DNA from: Longimicrobiales bacterium
GTDB lineage: Bacteria > Gemmatimonadota > Gemmatimonadetes > Longimicrobiales > Gaopeijiaceae
Direction of reading: 5' to 3'
Length of the DNA stretch: 64,000 bases
Assembly (NCBI GenBank): GCA_965218295.1
Contig: CBDCKN010000015.1
Location: 64,001-128,000 of the forward strand
Below are positions 19,401 to 29,570 of the stretch, piece after piece. Below the pieces are notes generated by a model that was given only the letters and a program-made list of their open reading frames with translations, searched no databases and had not been told where the DNA came from. Position 1 is the stretch's first letter, and the number at the start of each line of letters is the position of its first letter. Both the position numbers and the translations under genes were made by a program.

Positions 19401-21224
19401 TTACCCCGCTTCCGTCGGGACGAGTCCCAGCTGCTCCCGGACGCCGTCCAGGACGAAATGGGCGGTCATGGGAAAGCCCCGGTAGTCTCGGACAGACGCG
19501 AGCCTGTCCTTCGCGACGCCCGTCTCCAGGGAGAGAAGGCGCAGCAGCTGCGCATCACGATTCTGCTCGACCACCACGTTGGTGTCGTGGGCCTCCAGGA
19601 ACTCCTGAACCGCCTCCGCGAACGGGAACCCCCGCACTCGCATGTAGTCCACGGTCACCCCCTCCTCGGCCAACCGATCGATGGCCTCCAGAACTGGCCC
19701 CCAGCAGCTGCCGATGGTAACGATGCCGACGCTCGCGCCTTCGGACCGGCGGATCTCGGGGCCCGGGACGCACTCCGCCGCACTATCGATCTTCACAGCG
19801 ATGCGATCCATCACGTCCTTGTAGAGGTCGCCGTCCTCCGTATAGCGCCCGAATCGGTCGTGCCCCGATCCCCGGGTGAAGTAGGCCCCGTCCGGGTGCA
19901 CGCCCGGGAGGGTGCGATACGGGATGCCGTCGCCGTCCACATCCATGTACCGGTAGAACTTCTCGAGGCCTTCGATCTCCTCAGCGGACAGGACCTTACC
20001 CCTGTCGGGCACGTAGTCGTCATCCCACTCCAGGCGCTCGCACATCCAGTCGTTCATGCCGATGTCGAGGTCCGAGACGACGAAGACGGGGGTCTGGAAG
20101 CGCTCGGCGAGGTCGAACGCCTCGACGGACATGTAGAAGCACTCCCGAGGCTCGGCCGGGAAAAGAGCGATATGCTTGGTATCGCCGTGCGACGCGTACA
20201 CGACCGTGAAGAAGTCCCCCTGCTGGGTCCGGGTCGGCATGCCGGTGGACGGCCCCGTGCGCTGGATGTCGAACAGCACCGCAGGCACTTCGGCGTAATA
20301 GGCCAGGCCGATGAACTCGTTCATGAGGGAGAGGCCCGCGCCACTGGTGGGCGTGAAGGCCCTGGCCCCCATCCACGAGGCCCCGAGCACCATGCCGATG
20401 GCCGCCAGCTCGTCCTCGGCCTGGATGATGCAGTAGAGGTTCTTGCCCGTCTTGGGATCCTGGCGGAAGCGGCTGCAGAAGGCTTTGAAGGAGTCCATGA
20501 CCGACGTGGCCGGCGTGATGGGATACCACGCTCCCACCGTGGCGCCCGCGTAGACACAGCCCAGGGCCGCCGCCGCGTTCCCCGTCATGAGGACACAATC
20601 GCCGGTGTTGTCCAGGGGCTCCAAGCGGACAGGCAGCGGGCATTCGAAGTGCTCTTTGGCGTACTCGTAGCCGAGACGGATGGCGACCTCGTTCGACTCC
20701 ATGAGCTTGGGCTTCCTCTCGAACGTCTCCCTGAGCAGCCCGTGGATCACGTCCAGATCGATGTCGAGGAGAGCAACCAGCGTACCCACATACGCGATGT
20801 TCGTCATCAGGATGCGCTCTCTGCCACCTTCGAAGTTCTCGACGCACATGCGTGCCAGCGGCGCCCCCAGGCAGGTGACGTCGTCCCGCATCAGGTCCTC
20901 GTCCATGGGCCACGTCGAGTCGTAGAGGAGGTATCCCCCGGAGCGCACCTCGGCGATGTCCTCCTCGTGGGTCTTGGGGTTCATGGCGACTATGACGTCG
21001 AAATGCGACGCCCGGGCGCCGTATCCGTCCTTGTTGACCCGGATCTCGTACCACGTGGGAAGCCCCTGGATGTTCGACGGGAACGCGTTCTTCCCGGAAA
21101 CCGGGACCCCCATGCGGAACACCGCCTGCATGAGCAGGCCGTTGGCGCTAGCGGAGCCCGTCCCGTTGACTGTGGCGATCTTCAGGGCGAAGTCGTTTAT
21201 ACGGGCTCGAGAGTCTCGGTCCAA
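19401..21224 (-). CDS. korA: 2-oxoacid:ferredoxin oxidoreductase alpha subunit (gamma-alpha fusion)
   Basis: YPITPAT, QAEDELAA, QRTGPSTGMPT, VEQN..QL. Confidence 0.9.
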   Translation of the reverse strand: MDRDSRARINDFALKIATVNGTGSASANGLLMQAVFRMGVPVSGKNAFPSNIQGLPTWYEIRVNKDGYGARASHFDVIVAMNPKTHEEDIAEVRSGGYLLYDSTWPMDEDLMRDDVTCLGAPLARMCVENFEGGRERILMTNIAYVGTLVALLDIDLDVIHGLLRETFERKPKLMESNEVAIRLGYEYAKEHFECPLPVRLEPLDNTGDCVLMTGNAAAALGCVYAGATVGAWYPITPATSVMDSFKAFCSRFRQDPKTGKNLYCIIQAEDELAAIGMVLGASWMGARAFTPTSGAGLSLMNEFIGLAYYAEVPAVLFDIQRTGPSTGMPTRTQQGDFFTVVYASHGDTKHIALFPAEPRECFYMSVEAFDLAERFQTPVFVVSDLDIGMNDWMCERLEWDDDYVPDRGKVLSAEEIEGLEKFYRYMDVDGDGIPYRTLPGVHPDGAYFTRGSGHDRFGRYTEDGDLYKDVMDRIAVKIDSAAECVPGPEIRRSEGASVGIVTIGSCWGPVLEAIDRLAEEGVTVDYMRVRGFPFAEAVQEFLEAHDTNVVVEQNRDAQLLRLLSLETGVAKDRLASVRDYRGFPMTAHFVLDGVREQLGLVPTEAG

Positions 21225-22999
21225 ATCGGCCGTCCGGCGTAGGGGATGAGTAGGTCGAACTGGCGCATGTCCCAGGCAGCCGTGGGGCAGCGCTCGGCGC
21301 AGAGTCCGCAGTGGACACAGAGGTCTTCGTCCTTGACCATGACCCGAGCGGTCTGTGGGAGGGCCTCCGAAACATAGAGATCCTGATCCAGGTTGTCGGC
21401 CGGGGCGGTGAGGCGCCTCCTGAGATCATCCTCCGTCCCATTGTGGGTGATGGTGAGGCAATAGACCGGGCACACGTCGATGCACGCGTCGCACTCGATG
21501 CACAAGATCGGCGTGAAGTCGGTCTGGATGTCACAGTTCAGACAGCGCTCGACCTCGACGGCGGTCTGCTCCGGATCGAACCCCAGCTCGACCTCGACCT
21601 CCAGCGCCTTGAAGCGCTCCACCAGCTCGACGTGGTTCATCTTGGAGCGGAAGGCCGGGTCGTAGTCGCTCCCGTAGCTCCAGGAGTGGAGTCCCATTTT
21701 CTGGGACACCAGGTTCATGCCATAGGGGAGGCGATCCGTAGGGGGCACACCCCGGCAGTGGTTGTGGATCGAAATGGCGGCTTGATGCCCGTGCTCCACA
21801 GCCCAGATGATGTTCTCCGGGCCCCACGCAGCGTCCCCACCGACGAAGATGCCGTCGCGGGTCGTCTGGAAGGTGGTCCGGTCCACCACCGGCATGTCCC
21901 ACTCTCCGAACTCGATGCCGATGTCCCGCTCGATCCAGGGGAAGGCGTTGTCCTGGCCGATGGCGAGGATGACGTCGTCACACGGAATGACCGCGGTGTC
22001 GAGCTTCGTAGCCACCAGCCGACCCGTCTCGTCCGGATGCCACTCGACGACATCGAACTCCATGCCCACCAGGCGTCCGTCCTCGAGGAGAAAGCGATCC
22101 GGTGAGTGGTTCTCCACGATCTCCACCACCTCTTCCTCGGCGTCCTCAAGCTCCCACGCAGACGCCTTGAAGTAGGGGCGGGTCTTCCGGGCGATGACCT
22201 TCACGTCCTTGCCGCCGATCCGCTTGGAGGTGCGGCAACAGTCCATGGCCGTATTGCCGACGCCAATGACCAGGACGCGCTCGCCGATGGACTCCACGTG
22301 TCCAAAGTGGACCGACTCGAGCCACTCGATGCCGATGTGGATGTTGGCGTCGGCCTCGTCCCGCCCCGGGATGCGGAGCTCCTTGCCCTTTGGCGCTCCC
22401 GTCCCGATGAACACGGCGTCGAAGTCCTCTTCGTCCAGGAAGCGCTTCAGGCTCTCGACCGGATGGCTGTAGTGAACCTCGACGCCAATGTCGAGAATGG
22501 CGTCAATCTCCTCGTCGAGGACCGCGGCCGGGAGCCTGAAGGCCGGGATGTTGATCCGCATGAGACCGCCGGGACGATCCATCTTCTCGTAGAGGACGCA
22601 CTCGTAGCCCAGCTGCATGAGGTCGTTGGCCACGGTCAGGGAGGCGGGGCCTGCACCGATCAACGCCACCCGCTTCCCGTTTTTCTCCTTCGGGGCCTTG
22701 GGGAGAAGATCCGACACGTCGCCCCTGAGGTCGGCAGCCACCCGCTTGAGCCGGCAGATGGCCACAGGCTCGTCCTCGACCCGAACCCGCCGGCAGGCGG
22801 GCTCGCAGGGGCGGTCACACGTCCTCCCCAGGATCCCCGGGAAGACGTTCGACTCGCGATTGAGCATATACGACTCCGTGAACCGCCCCTGGGCGATAAG
22901 CCGGATGTACTCGGGAACGTTCGTATGGGCAGGACACGCAAACTGGCAGTCGACGACTTTGTGGTAATATTGAGGTTCGGTGACGTCCGTGGGTTCCAC
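21197..22999 (-). CDS. GltD-like FAD/NAD(P)H oxidoreductase with a C-terminal 2x[4Fe-4S] ferredoxin domain
   Basis: CQFACP, GRTCDRPCEPAC, GAGPAS, GVGNTAMD, RCLNC, CIECDACIDVCP, CVHCGLCAERCP. Confidence 0.88.
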   Translation of the reverse strand: MEPTDVTEPQYYHKVVDCQFACPAHTNVPEYIRLIAQGRFTESYMLNRESNVFPGILGRTCDRPCEPACRRVRVEDEPVAICRLKRVAADLRGDVSDLLPKAPKEKNGKRVALIGAGPASLTVANDLMQLGYECVLYEKMDRPGGLMRINIPAFRLPAAVLDEEIDAILDIGVEVHYSHPVESLKRFLDEEDFDAVFIGTGAPKGKELRIPGRDEADANIHIGIEWLESVHFGHVESIGERVLVIGVGNTAMDCCRTSKRIGGKDVKVIARKTRPYFKASAWELEDAEEEVVEIVENHSPDRFLLEDGRLVGMEFDVVEWHPDETGRLVATKLDTAVIPCDDVILAIGQDNAFPWIERDIGIEFGEWDMPVVDRTTFQTTRDGIFVGGDAAWGPENIIWAVEHGHQAAISIHNHCRGVPPTDRLPYGMNLVSQKMGLHSWSYGSDYDPAFRSKMNHVELVERFKALEVEVELGFDPEQTAVEVERCLNCDIQTDFTPILCIECDACIDVCPVYCLTITHNGTEDDLRRRLTAPADNLDQDLYVSEALPQTARVMVKDEDLCVHCGLCAERCPTAAWDMRQFDLLIPYAGRPIWTETLEPV

Positions 23000-23143
23000 T
23001 CAGGACCTCTCTAGCCGGTGGACGAGAAAATCAAGCGATGAATGGGGGTACCCCGGGGATTCCGCAAGGTGGCGGAGGCCCTCAGCCCGCGGCGGGGAAT
23101 CAGTCGGCGGCGATATCGAGTGATGCGGGCCGGCCGGCCTCGG

Positions 23144-23230
23144 ACTCCCGAAGGCAAGCGGACTCCTCCCTGTAGAAGACGGCCACGCAAGCGTGGCAGG
23201 TCTGTCAGGCGGTAGGGAACGCTGGGAGCT
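23144..23230 (-). other. Long imperfect hairpin in the leader of the oxidoreductase operon
   Basis: Nested pairings CTCCC/GGGAG, AGCG/CGCT, TCCCT/AGGGA, AGAC/GTCT, GCCACGC/GCGTGGC. Confidence 0.4.
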
Positions 23231-23339
23231 ACCCACCGTGCCTGTAAAAGTTACGCCCCGCCTAGAGCGGCCCGCTCCCCGGATGACGATGCTCTTCTCA
23301 GGCGGAGCACTGTCGTCCTTCGGCCATACGCCGAGGGGG

Positions 23340-24366
23340 CTACAGATCCGCGCGCCAGACCCGATATGGCCCCTCATCGAGGATCGCCCCGACGGTGCCG
23401 AATACCGCCTCCAGGTGGCGTTGAACCGGAAGGCGGCGCTGGGTCACCAGCAGCAGCATGCCCCCCTCCGTCAGATGTGCCGGGGCACCGCTCGCCAGCT
23501 CCTCGAGGACCCGCTCCGTCTCGCCCTTCCCTTCATGGTACGGCGGATTACTGACGATCAGGTCGTAGCGCTGATCCCCCAGCTCCCTGAGCCCATCAGA
23601 CAGGATCCTATTGGCTCCGGGTACGTTCGCCTCGACCGCCTCCAGGGCTACGGCGTCAACGTCCAGAAAATCCACGGAGACGGTGGGCTCCCGTGCCGTG
23701 ACCCACGCACCCAAGAGCCCCGATCCACAGGCGAAATCGAGAACTCGCTCCCGCGGCAAGCGACGGAATCGTATCCATGAGAGCCCGGAGAGCCCGGGTC
23801 CCCTCGTCCACTCGGCCATGGGCGAACACGCCCGGATAGGAGATCCAGGTGGTCGGAAGATGGGCGACGTCCAGGGTAGTGGAGCGCTGCCACGCCTCGA
23901 GGGTGCCCAGCAGCCCGGGGACCTCCTCGGGACGCGTGGCCTCCAATATCTTGCAGCGGCCTCCCGTGGCGATAGTCGTGGCCGCACCCAGCACCTGCCG
24001 GACCCGCCCTTCGGCGGAGCCGGCCCCCTCGTCGTTGGCCCCGTACACCCAGAGCCGGGCACCCACGTGAAGGGAGGCCGCGGCCGCGTGGACGCACATC
24101 TCAAGCTCCTCCTTTGCCTTGGGGAGCCTGAGAGTCGCTGCCGCGTAAGGGCCTCCAGAAGGCCATGGAGAGGCAACGTAGCCACGCAGGGCCAGCCGGT
24201 GCCATGAATGGGGCCTGCCGCCCGAAGCGAGAACGGCGCGGGTGACGTCTTCCCGCCCCTCGAGCATGACGAGGAGATCCCCCTCCACGTCGAGACCGGA
24301 GAGCGTCTTTGCCATGAGACCTGCAGCAGCTTCGTCTCGCCAGCTGGCGCCCCGCTTGTGCGCCAT
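23340..24366 (-). CDS. rsmC: 16S rRNA m2G1207 methyltransferase (RsmC-like); frameshift near 23746
   Basis: RLPKAKEELE, PGVFAHGRVDEGT, then VLDFACGSG and SNPPYH in the next frame. Confidence 0.8.
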
Positions 24367-24404
24367 GGAGCCTCCGAGTGTGATGCGTCGGGGCTGTCCC
24401 GCCC

Positions 24405-25661
24405 TCACTCGCCTCGGATCATCTCCTCGAGGCGCTCCAGCCCCATGCGAACTTTGGCCTCCGGTGGACCGAAGGAGAATCGGACCCACTTCTTGAGATC
24501 CTTCATCGGGGGTTTGACCCCTCCCGGGTTCACGTCGAACCATCGACCCGGGACCGTCATGACCTTCCTCTCCAGGGCCGCGCGGAAGAACTCGTCGGCG
24601 TCATTGAAAGGCTTGGGTAGACCCCCGATATTAGCCCAGACGTAAAACGTACCTGAGGGCTCGTGCTCGCACTCGATACCCATGGAGCGGAGCCCATCGA
24701 GCATGACGTTGCGCTTCCGGGCGAACACGTTCCGTACCGCCTCAGTCTCCTGATCGGCTCTCGCCGACTCGAGAGCCTTGATGGCGAGACGCTGGGCCGG
24801 GAGGCTCGGTCCACCGTCGATGGCGCTGCCAGCCCGGGTGATGTTCCCGATGATGTCCGACGGTCCCACCGCCCAGCCGATCCGCCAACCGGGATACCGG
24901 AAGCTCTTGGTGAGCCCGTCCACCAACAGGACAGAATCTTTCTCGACGTTGCGAACGTACTTGGCCGCCGAGACGGGCCCGTCCCCCGGCTCCCCGGAGT
25001 CGCCGTAGATGAAGTGCGAGTAGAACTCGTCGAGGATGAGGGTGCACTTGTGTTTGCGAGCCACCGTCAAGTACGCCTTCAGTTCGGCATCCCTGATCAA
25101 CTGCCCCGTCGGGTTGCACGGGTTGCTGAAGAGGAAGGCCTGAAGCTTTTCGCTGGTCATCACCTTGCCGAGGCGCTCCGACGAAATGACGAAGTCGTCT
25201 TTAGGGGTCGTGGGCACCGCTACCGGCTTCACGTGGTAGCTGTGATAGTCCAGCATGTCTTCGTACGCGGCGTAGTCGGGCACCTGGTACCCCAGCGGGA
25301 CCTCGCCCAGGGCCGCAAAAATCCGCGACAGGATAAGGCGCCCCCCGGACGCGATGGTGACGTTCTCCTTCTTATACCTGGAGTCCGACCCTTCACGGTA
25401 AAGGCGGTTGTAGTGTTCAGCCACGGCCTCCCGGAGCTCGTCGATGCCCCCGACGGGCCCGTAGGCGTGGTCGTGGGGCTCCAGGGTTATCCACGAGAGG
25501 CGAGTTGGCGCTCCCTCGATGGGACCGACTTCCGGCTGTTCCTGGCCCAGATTGGACCAGTCGGGGTGGCCGTTCCTGAAGCCGAGCTTCATGGCCTCGG
25601 CCACGACGTATATGACCCCCATGTACGGAACTTCTCGGATGGTTGCCTTCTTCTTGGCCAC
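24405..25661 (-). CDS. PLP-dependent aminotransferase class I/II
   Basis: SNPCNPTG, DEFY, GLTKSFRYPGWRIGW, VRFSFG. Confidence 0.88.
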   Translation of the reverse strand: MAKKKATIREVPYMGVIYVVAEAMKLGFRNGHPDWSNLGQEQPEVGPIEGAPTRLSWITLEPHDHAYGPVGGIDELREAVAEHYNRLYREGSDSRYKKENVTIASGGRLILSRIFAALGEVPLGYQVPDYAAYEDMLDYHSYHVKPVAVPTTPKDDFVISSERLGKVMTSEKLQAFLFSNPCNPTGQLIRDAELKAYLTVARKHKCTLILDEFYSHFIYGDSGEPGDGPVSAAKYVRNVEKDSVLLVDGLTKSFRYPGWRIGWAVGPSDIIGNITRAGSAIDGGPSLPAQRLAIKALESARADQETEAVRNVFARKRNVMLDGLRSMGIECEHEPSGTFYVWANIGGLPKPFNDADEFFRAALERKVMTVPGRWFDVNPGGVKPPMKDLKKWVRFSFGPPEAKVRMGLERLEEMIRGE

Positions 25662-25699
25662 GGTTGGGATCTCTTTTCAATTCCTACAGGTGAGTGCGG

Positions 25700-26085
25700 T
25701 CAAGTCGAGCCCACTGCCCGGAAGGACCGGAACGCCAGAGGAAACAGCGTTGTGAGGACCGAACTGAAGAACAGGAATGCGATTGCCCCGGTGAGCGCGA
25801 ACACGATCCCCGACGAAGCCCCGAGCCAGGCCGGCGGGAGGTAGGCCTCCGCCGGGGAGCCGTAGACGAAGAGGTTGAAGGCCCCTACCACGTGCCTGTC
25901 GCCTTCCACTGGACTCTCAGATCGTGTACCGGATCGCTCCAGATCCCCGGCAGGAGGTAAGCGTGTTGTTCGAGAAACGTGTAGACGAAGAGCACCGTCC
26001 CCACACCCCACATGGTAACGTAGAGCGGACGGTTCCAGAAGCCGGGCCCCACGATCCGGAAGAAGTTCCATTCTTGGCGGAAGCC
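25700..26085 (-). pseudogene. Fragment of a polytopic membrane domain (resembles the sensor domain of some adenylate/guanylate cyclases)
   Basis: GFRQEWNFFRIVGPGFWNRPLYVTMWGVGTVLFVYTFLEQH...DLRVQWKATGT, then a frameshift into VGAFNLFVYGS; in-frame stop upstream and no usable start. Confidence 0.4.
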
Positions 26086-26344
26086 CTAACCATGCGCCGT
26101 CATTCTCCTCCATATGTGCGTGGGACCCCGAACAGGGGGATCGAGCAAGACAGGAATTCTAAGGTGACTCGGCCTCACACCCAACCCCGAGCCATCCTGT
26201 CGGGCTTGTGGGCCCATCTGCCCTCTTCTAGCTTGCCGCCGGCGCGAGCGAATGACGCCTCCGGTCCGCCTAAGGGGGCCTCTCTTGCGCCCCACCCGCC
26301 CTGTGTGAGCGGGCCGCTCGACATGTCCTTTCGAGGAAGAATCG

Positions 26345-27232
26345 ATGGCGCGGGTTTTGTTAGCCGGGGCCTCGGGAAGCCTCGGGCAGGAGATCTTGCG
26401 GTCACTCGCCGAGAGCGGCCATTGGGTCCGAACGCTGTCCCGCGGACCTCGCAGCGCCGCAATGCTCTTCACCGGTGAGCATGTGCGCGCCGACCTCACC
26501 CGCCCCGACTCCCTCACGGGAATCTGTCAGGGCGTCGACCTGGTGTTCTCCAGCGCGGGCTCCTCCATGCACCTGGACGATTTTCGGGATCGACGTCGCT
26601 ATCTCGACGTGGACTTCACCGGCAACCGCAACTTGCTGAGGGAGGCGGAGCGCGAGGGCACCCCTCGGTTCGTCTACGTCTCGCTCCACGGGGGCGAGAA
26701 GCTCCGCCACAACAGCTACGCCGATGCCCATGAGCGGTTCGTCGACGCACTGAACGCCTCCCCCGTCTCCAGCCTGGTGATTCGGCCCACCGGGTTCTTC
26801 TCGTTCCTTCTGCAAATTCTCCGGATGGCCAAGAGGCGTCGCGGCGTCGTGATCGGCGATGGATCGGTGAGGGCCAACCCCATTCACCAGGCTGACTTGG
26901 GGGACTTCTCGGTCGATCACCTGGAGTCGGAGCGGGAGGAGCTGTCGGTCGGCGGACCAGAGGTCTTCAGCCGACGAGGCATCGTCGAGCTCGCTCTTCG
27001 CGTCGCCGGACGACCTGAGCGGGTTCGCTCAGTGCCGGAGTGGGTGGCACGGGCGGCGGCCACAGCAGCCCGACCCCTGAATCCACGCATCGCCACTCTG
27101 ATGGCGTTTGGCGTGGAAGTGAGCGTGACGGACGTGGTGGCGCCCGCCTATGGGAGCCGCCATCTGAGTGACTTCTTTCGTGAGGCTGCGGCCAGTCATT
27201 CGGGCCCTTCGACCCCTTCCCTTCCCACCTAG
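26345..27232 (+). CDS. Atypical SDR / NAD(P)-binding oxidoreductase (NmrA/DVR-like)
   Basis: GASGSLG, VDFTGNRNLL, IRPTGFFS, NPIH..DL. Confidence 0.82.
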   Translation: MARVLLAGASGSLGQEILRSLAESGHWVRTLSRGPRSAAMLFTGEHVRADLTRPDSLTGICQGVDLVFSSAGSSMHLDDFRDRRRYLDVDFTGNRNLLREAEREGTPRFVYVSLHGGEKLRHNSYADAHERFVDALNASPVSSLVIRPTGFFSFLLQILRMAKRRRGVVIGDGSVRANPIHQADLGDFSVDHLESEREELSVGGPEVFSRRGIVELALRVAGRPERVRSVPEWVARAAATAARPLNPRIATLMAFGVEVSVTDVVAPAYGSRHLSDFFREAAASHSGPSTPSLPT

Positions 27233-27399
27233 GGCCGGTCTTGGTAACCTGGGTCGCCAAGGGCCGCATGATACGGCGGCCTACCCTGTGCCTTCGATGA
27301 CCCTTCAGGTGCAATGGCACACGACAGCATTACCGTCATAGACTCCGCCCTACGGAACGTCCGATTCGTCATGAAGGACGGAGAGGTGTACCTGAAGCC

Positions 27400-29520
27400 A
27401 TGAGCAAACCGAAGCTCCTCAAGAGGGAGTTGAGCCTGTGGGATGTCTACGTCATCGCCACGGGCGCCACGCTGAGCTCGGGCTTCTTCCTTCTTCCGGG
27501 GCTCGCGGCCGCCGGAGCCGGGCCGGGAATGCCCTTGTCCTACCTTCTGGCCGGCCTCCTGCTGGTCCCCGGCCTGGTCAGCATGGCGGAGCTCGCTACG
27601 GCAATGCCGCGTGCCGGAGGGGTGTACTACTTCCTGGATCGCAGCATGGGACCCCTCATGGGCACGGTGGGGGGCTTCGGGACCTGGATTGCCCTTTCCC
27701 TCAAGGCCGCCTTCGCCCTCGTCGGTATCGGGGCCTATCTGCGGCTTTTCCTCCCCGACTTCAACCTCGTGCCCATCGCTGTAGCCTTTGCCGTTCTGTT
27801 CGGGCTCGTCAACGTTTTGGGAGCGAAGACGGCCACGCGGTTCCAGGGGCTCATGGTCGTGGGCCTGTTGTTGATCCTGGCGTGGTTCATGGGCACGGGG
27901 CTGATGCATGTGGAGCCGGGAAATCTTGCCGGGGTGTTCGGTCAGGCGCCGGCGTCCATCGTGTCCACGGCGGGCCTCGTCATCGTCAGCTACATGGGGC
28001 TCACAAAGGTGGCCAGCATAGCGGAGGAAGTTCGGAACCCCGAGCGGAATCTTCCCCTCGGAATGTTCCTGGCCTTCGGCACCGCCATCCTAGTCTACTC
28101 CGTCGGCACTGCGGTGATGGTCGGGGTCGTCTCGGCGGATATTCTGGCACGGAACGGGGGCGACCTGACGCCGGTGGCTACGGTGGCCGATGTGCTGGTG
28201 GGGCCCTGGGGGATGATCCTGGTGACGGCGGCCGCGGTCCTCGCCTTCTCATCCGTATCGAACGCGGCCGTGCTGAGTGCCTCCCGCTATCCCCTGGCCA
28301 TGAGTCGTGACAACGTTCTTCCCCTGTTCTTCTCGAAGATCCAGACCCGTGGGACGCCGGTGTACGCCATCTTCACCACGGTCGCGCTGATCCTTGCTTT
28401 CGTCGTGCTGTTCGACCCGACCAAGATCGCCAAGTTGGCGGGAGCATTTCAGCTCATGATGTTCGGGCTTAGCTGCCTGGCCGTGCTCGTCATGAGGGAG
28501 AGTCACATCGAGTCGTACGACCCGGGCTACCGCTCCCCCTTCTACCCCTGGCTTCACCTCCTGGGCGTGCTGGCCCCCTTCTGGGTCGTCATGGAGATGG
28601 GGCTCCTCCCCAGCCTGTTCACGGGAGGCCTCATCACGTTTGGCGCGATCTGGTATACCTACTACGCCCGCGACCGGGTGGACCGCGAGGGGGCCATCTA
28701 CCACGTGTTCGAGAGGCTCGGGCGCCAGCGCGACATCGGACTGAACCGTGAGCTCCGGCAGATCATGAAGGAGAAGGGTCTCCGTGACGCGGATCCCTTC
28801 GAGGAGGTCGTCGCGTCAGCGGCGATCATCGATACACCCGGCGGCACGGGCTTCCGTAACATCATATGGGAAGCCTCCGCCTATCTGGCCGAGACGTGCG
28901 ATACGTCGGCCAAGAGGCTGGGCGATGGCTTCCTGAAGGGGACGGTGGTGGGCATGACGCCGGTCTCCCACGGAGTGGCGCTCCCCCACCTCCGCCTCAC
29001 CACCATCGAATCTTCGCGGATGGTTCTCGTTCGATGCATCGACGGAATCGAGATGGACGTGGACGTAGAAGTGGGCTCCGCCGGGACGGCACAGGAGCAG
29101 CCCGAACCCGTACGGGCGGTCTTTTTCCTGGTCAGTCCCGAGAAGAACCCCGGCCGGCACCTCCGCATCCTCGGTCAGATCGCCGGACGCGTGGACAAGG
29201 AGGACTTCATGGACGCGTGGCTGTCGGCGTCCAATCACCAGGAGCTCAAAGAGGCCGTGCTTCGGGACGAGAGGGTGTTGGCCCTCACACTGGAGCCCGA
29301 CACCCCCGCCGCGTCACTCATCGGTCTCGCCTTGAAGGATCTGAACATGCCCGAAGGCACGCTCATCGCACTGGTGAGCCGCGAGTCGGAGGTCATCGTC
29401 CCGCGAGGCGCCACGGTGCTCGAGGAGGGCGACCGGCTCACCGTCATCGGAGAGCCCGCCGGCCTGAAGATCCTCGGGCAGCGCTTCAAGCGAAGACAGT
29501 CCGAGTCCGGATCCGCCTAG
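27400..29520 (+). CDS. APC-family amino-acid permease fused to PTS EIIA-2 and TrkA_C (RCK-C) domains
   Basis: About 12 TM with SGFFLLPG and AEEVRNPERNLP; GVALPHLR and HLRILGQIA (EIIA); IVPRGATVLEEGDRLTVIG (TrkA_C). Confidence 0.85.
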   Translation: MSKPKLLKRELSLWDVYVIATGATLSSGFFLLPGLAAAGAGPGMPLSYLLAGLLLVPGLVSMAELATAMPRAGGVYYFLDRSMGPLMGTVGGFGTWIALSLKAAFALVGIGAYLRLFLPDFNLVPIAVAFAVLFGLVNVLGAKTATRFQGLMVVGLLLILAWFMGTGLMHVEPGNLAGVFGQAPASIVSTAGLVIVSYMGLTKVASIAEEVRNPERNLPLGMFLAFGTAILVYSVGTAVMVGVVSADILARNGGDLTPVATVADVLVGPWGMILVTAAAVLAFSSVSNAAVLSASRYPLAMSRDNVLPLFFSKIQTRGTPVYAIFTTVALILAFVVLFDPTKIAKLAGAFQLMMFGLSCLAVLVMRESHIESYDPGYRSPFYPWLHLLGVLAPFWVVMEMGLLPSLFTGGLITFGAIWYTYYARDRVDREGAIYHVFERLGRQRDIGLNRELRQIMKEKGLRDADPFEEVVASAAIIDTPGGTGFRNIIWEASAYLAETCDTSAKRLGDGFLKGTVVGMTPVSHGVALPHLRLTTIESSRMVLVRCIDGIEMDVDVEVGSAGTAQEQPEPVRAVFFLVSPEKNPGRHLRILGQIAGRVDKEDFMDAWLSASNHQELKEAVLRDERVLALTLEPDTPAASLIGLALKDLNMPEGTLIALVSRESEVIVPRGATVLEEGDRLTVIGEPAGLKILGQRFKRRQSESGSA

Positions 29521-29570
29521 GGCCCCTCAGGGTCGCGGCCCCAGAGGGCCGAAGCCCCCATGCGGGTGCA

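Noticed and set aside
19458..21242. Long antisense ORFs (also 8934-10589, 39286-40950, 43283-44863, 54523-56244)
   Set aside because: Shadow ORFs opposite well-supported genes, expected in high-GC DNA, with no recognisable motifs.
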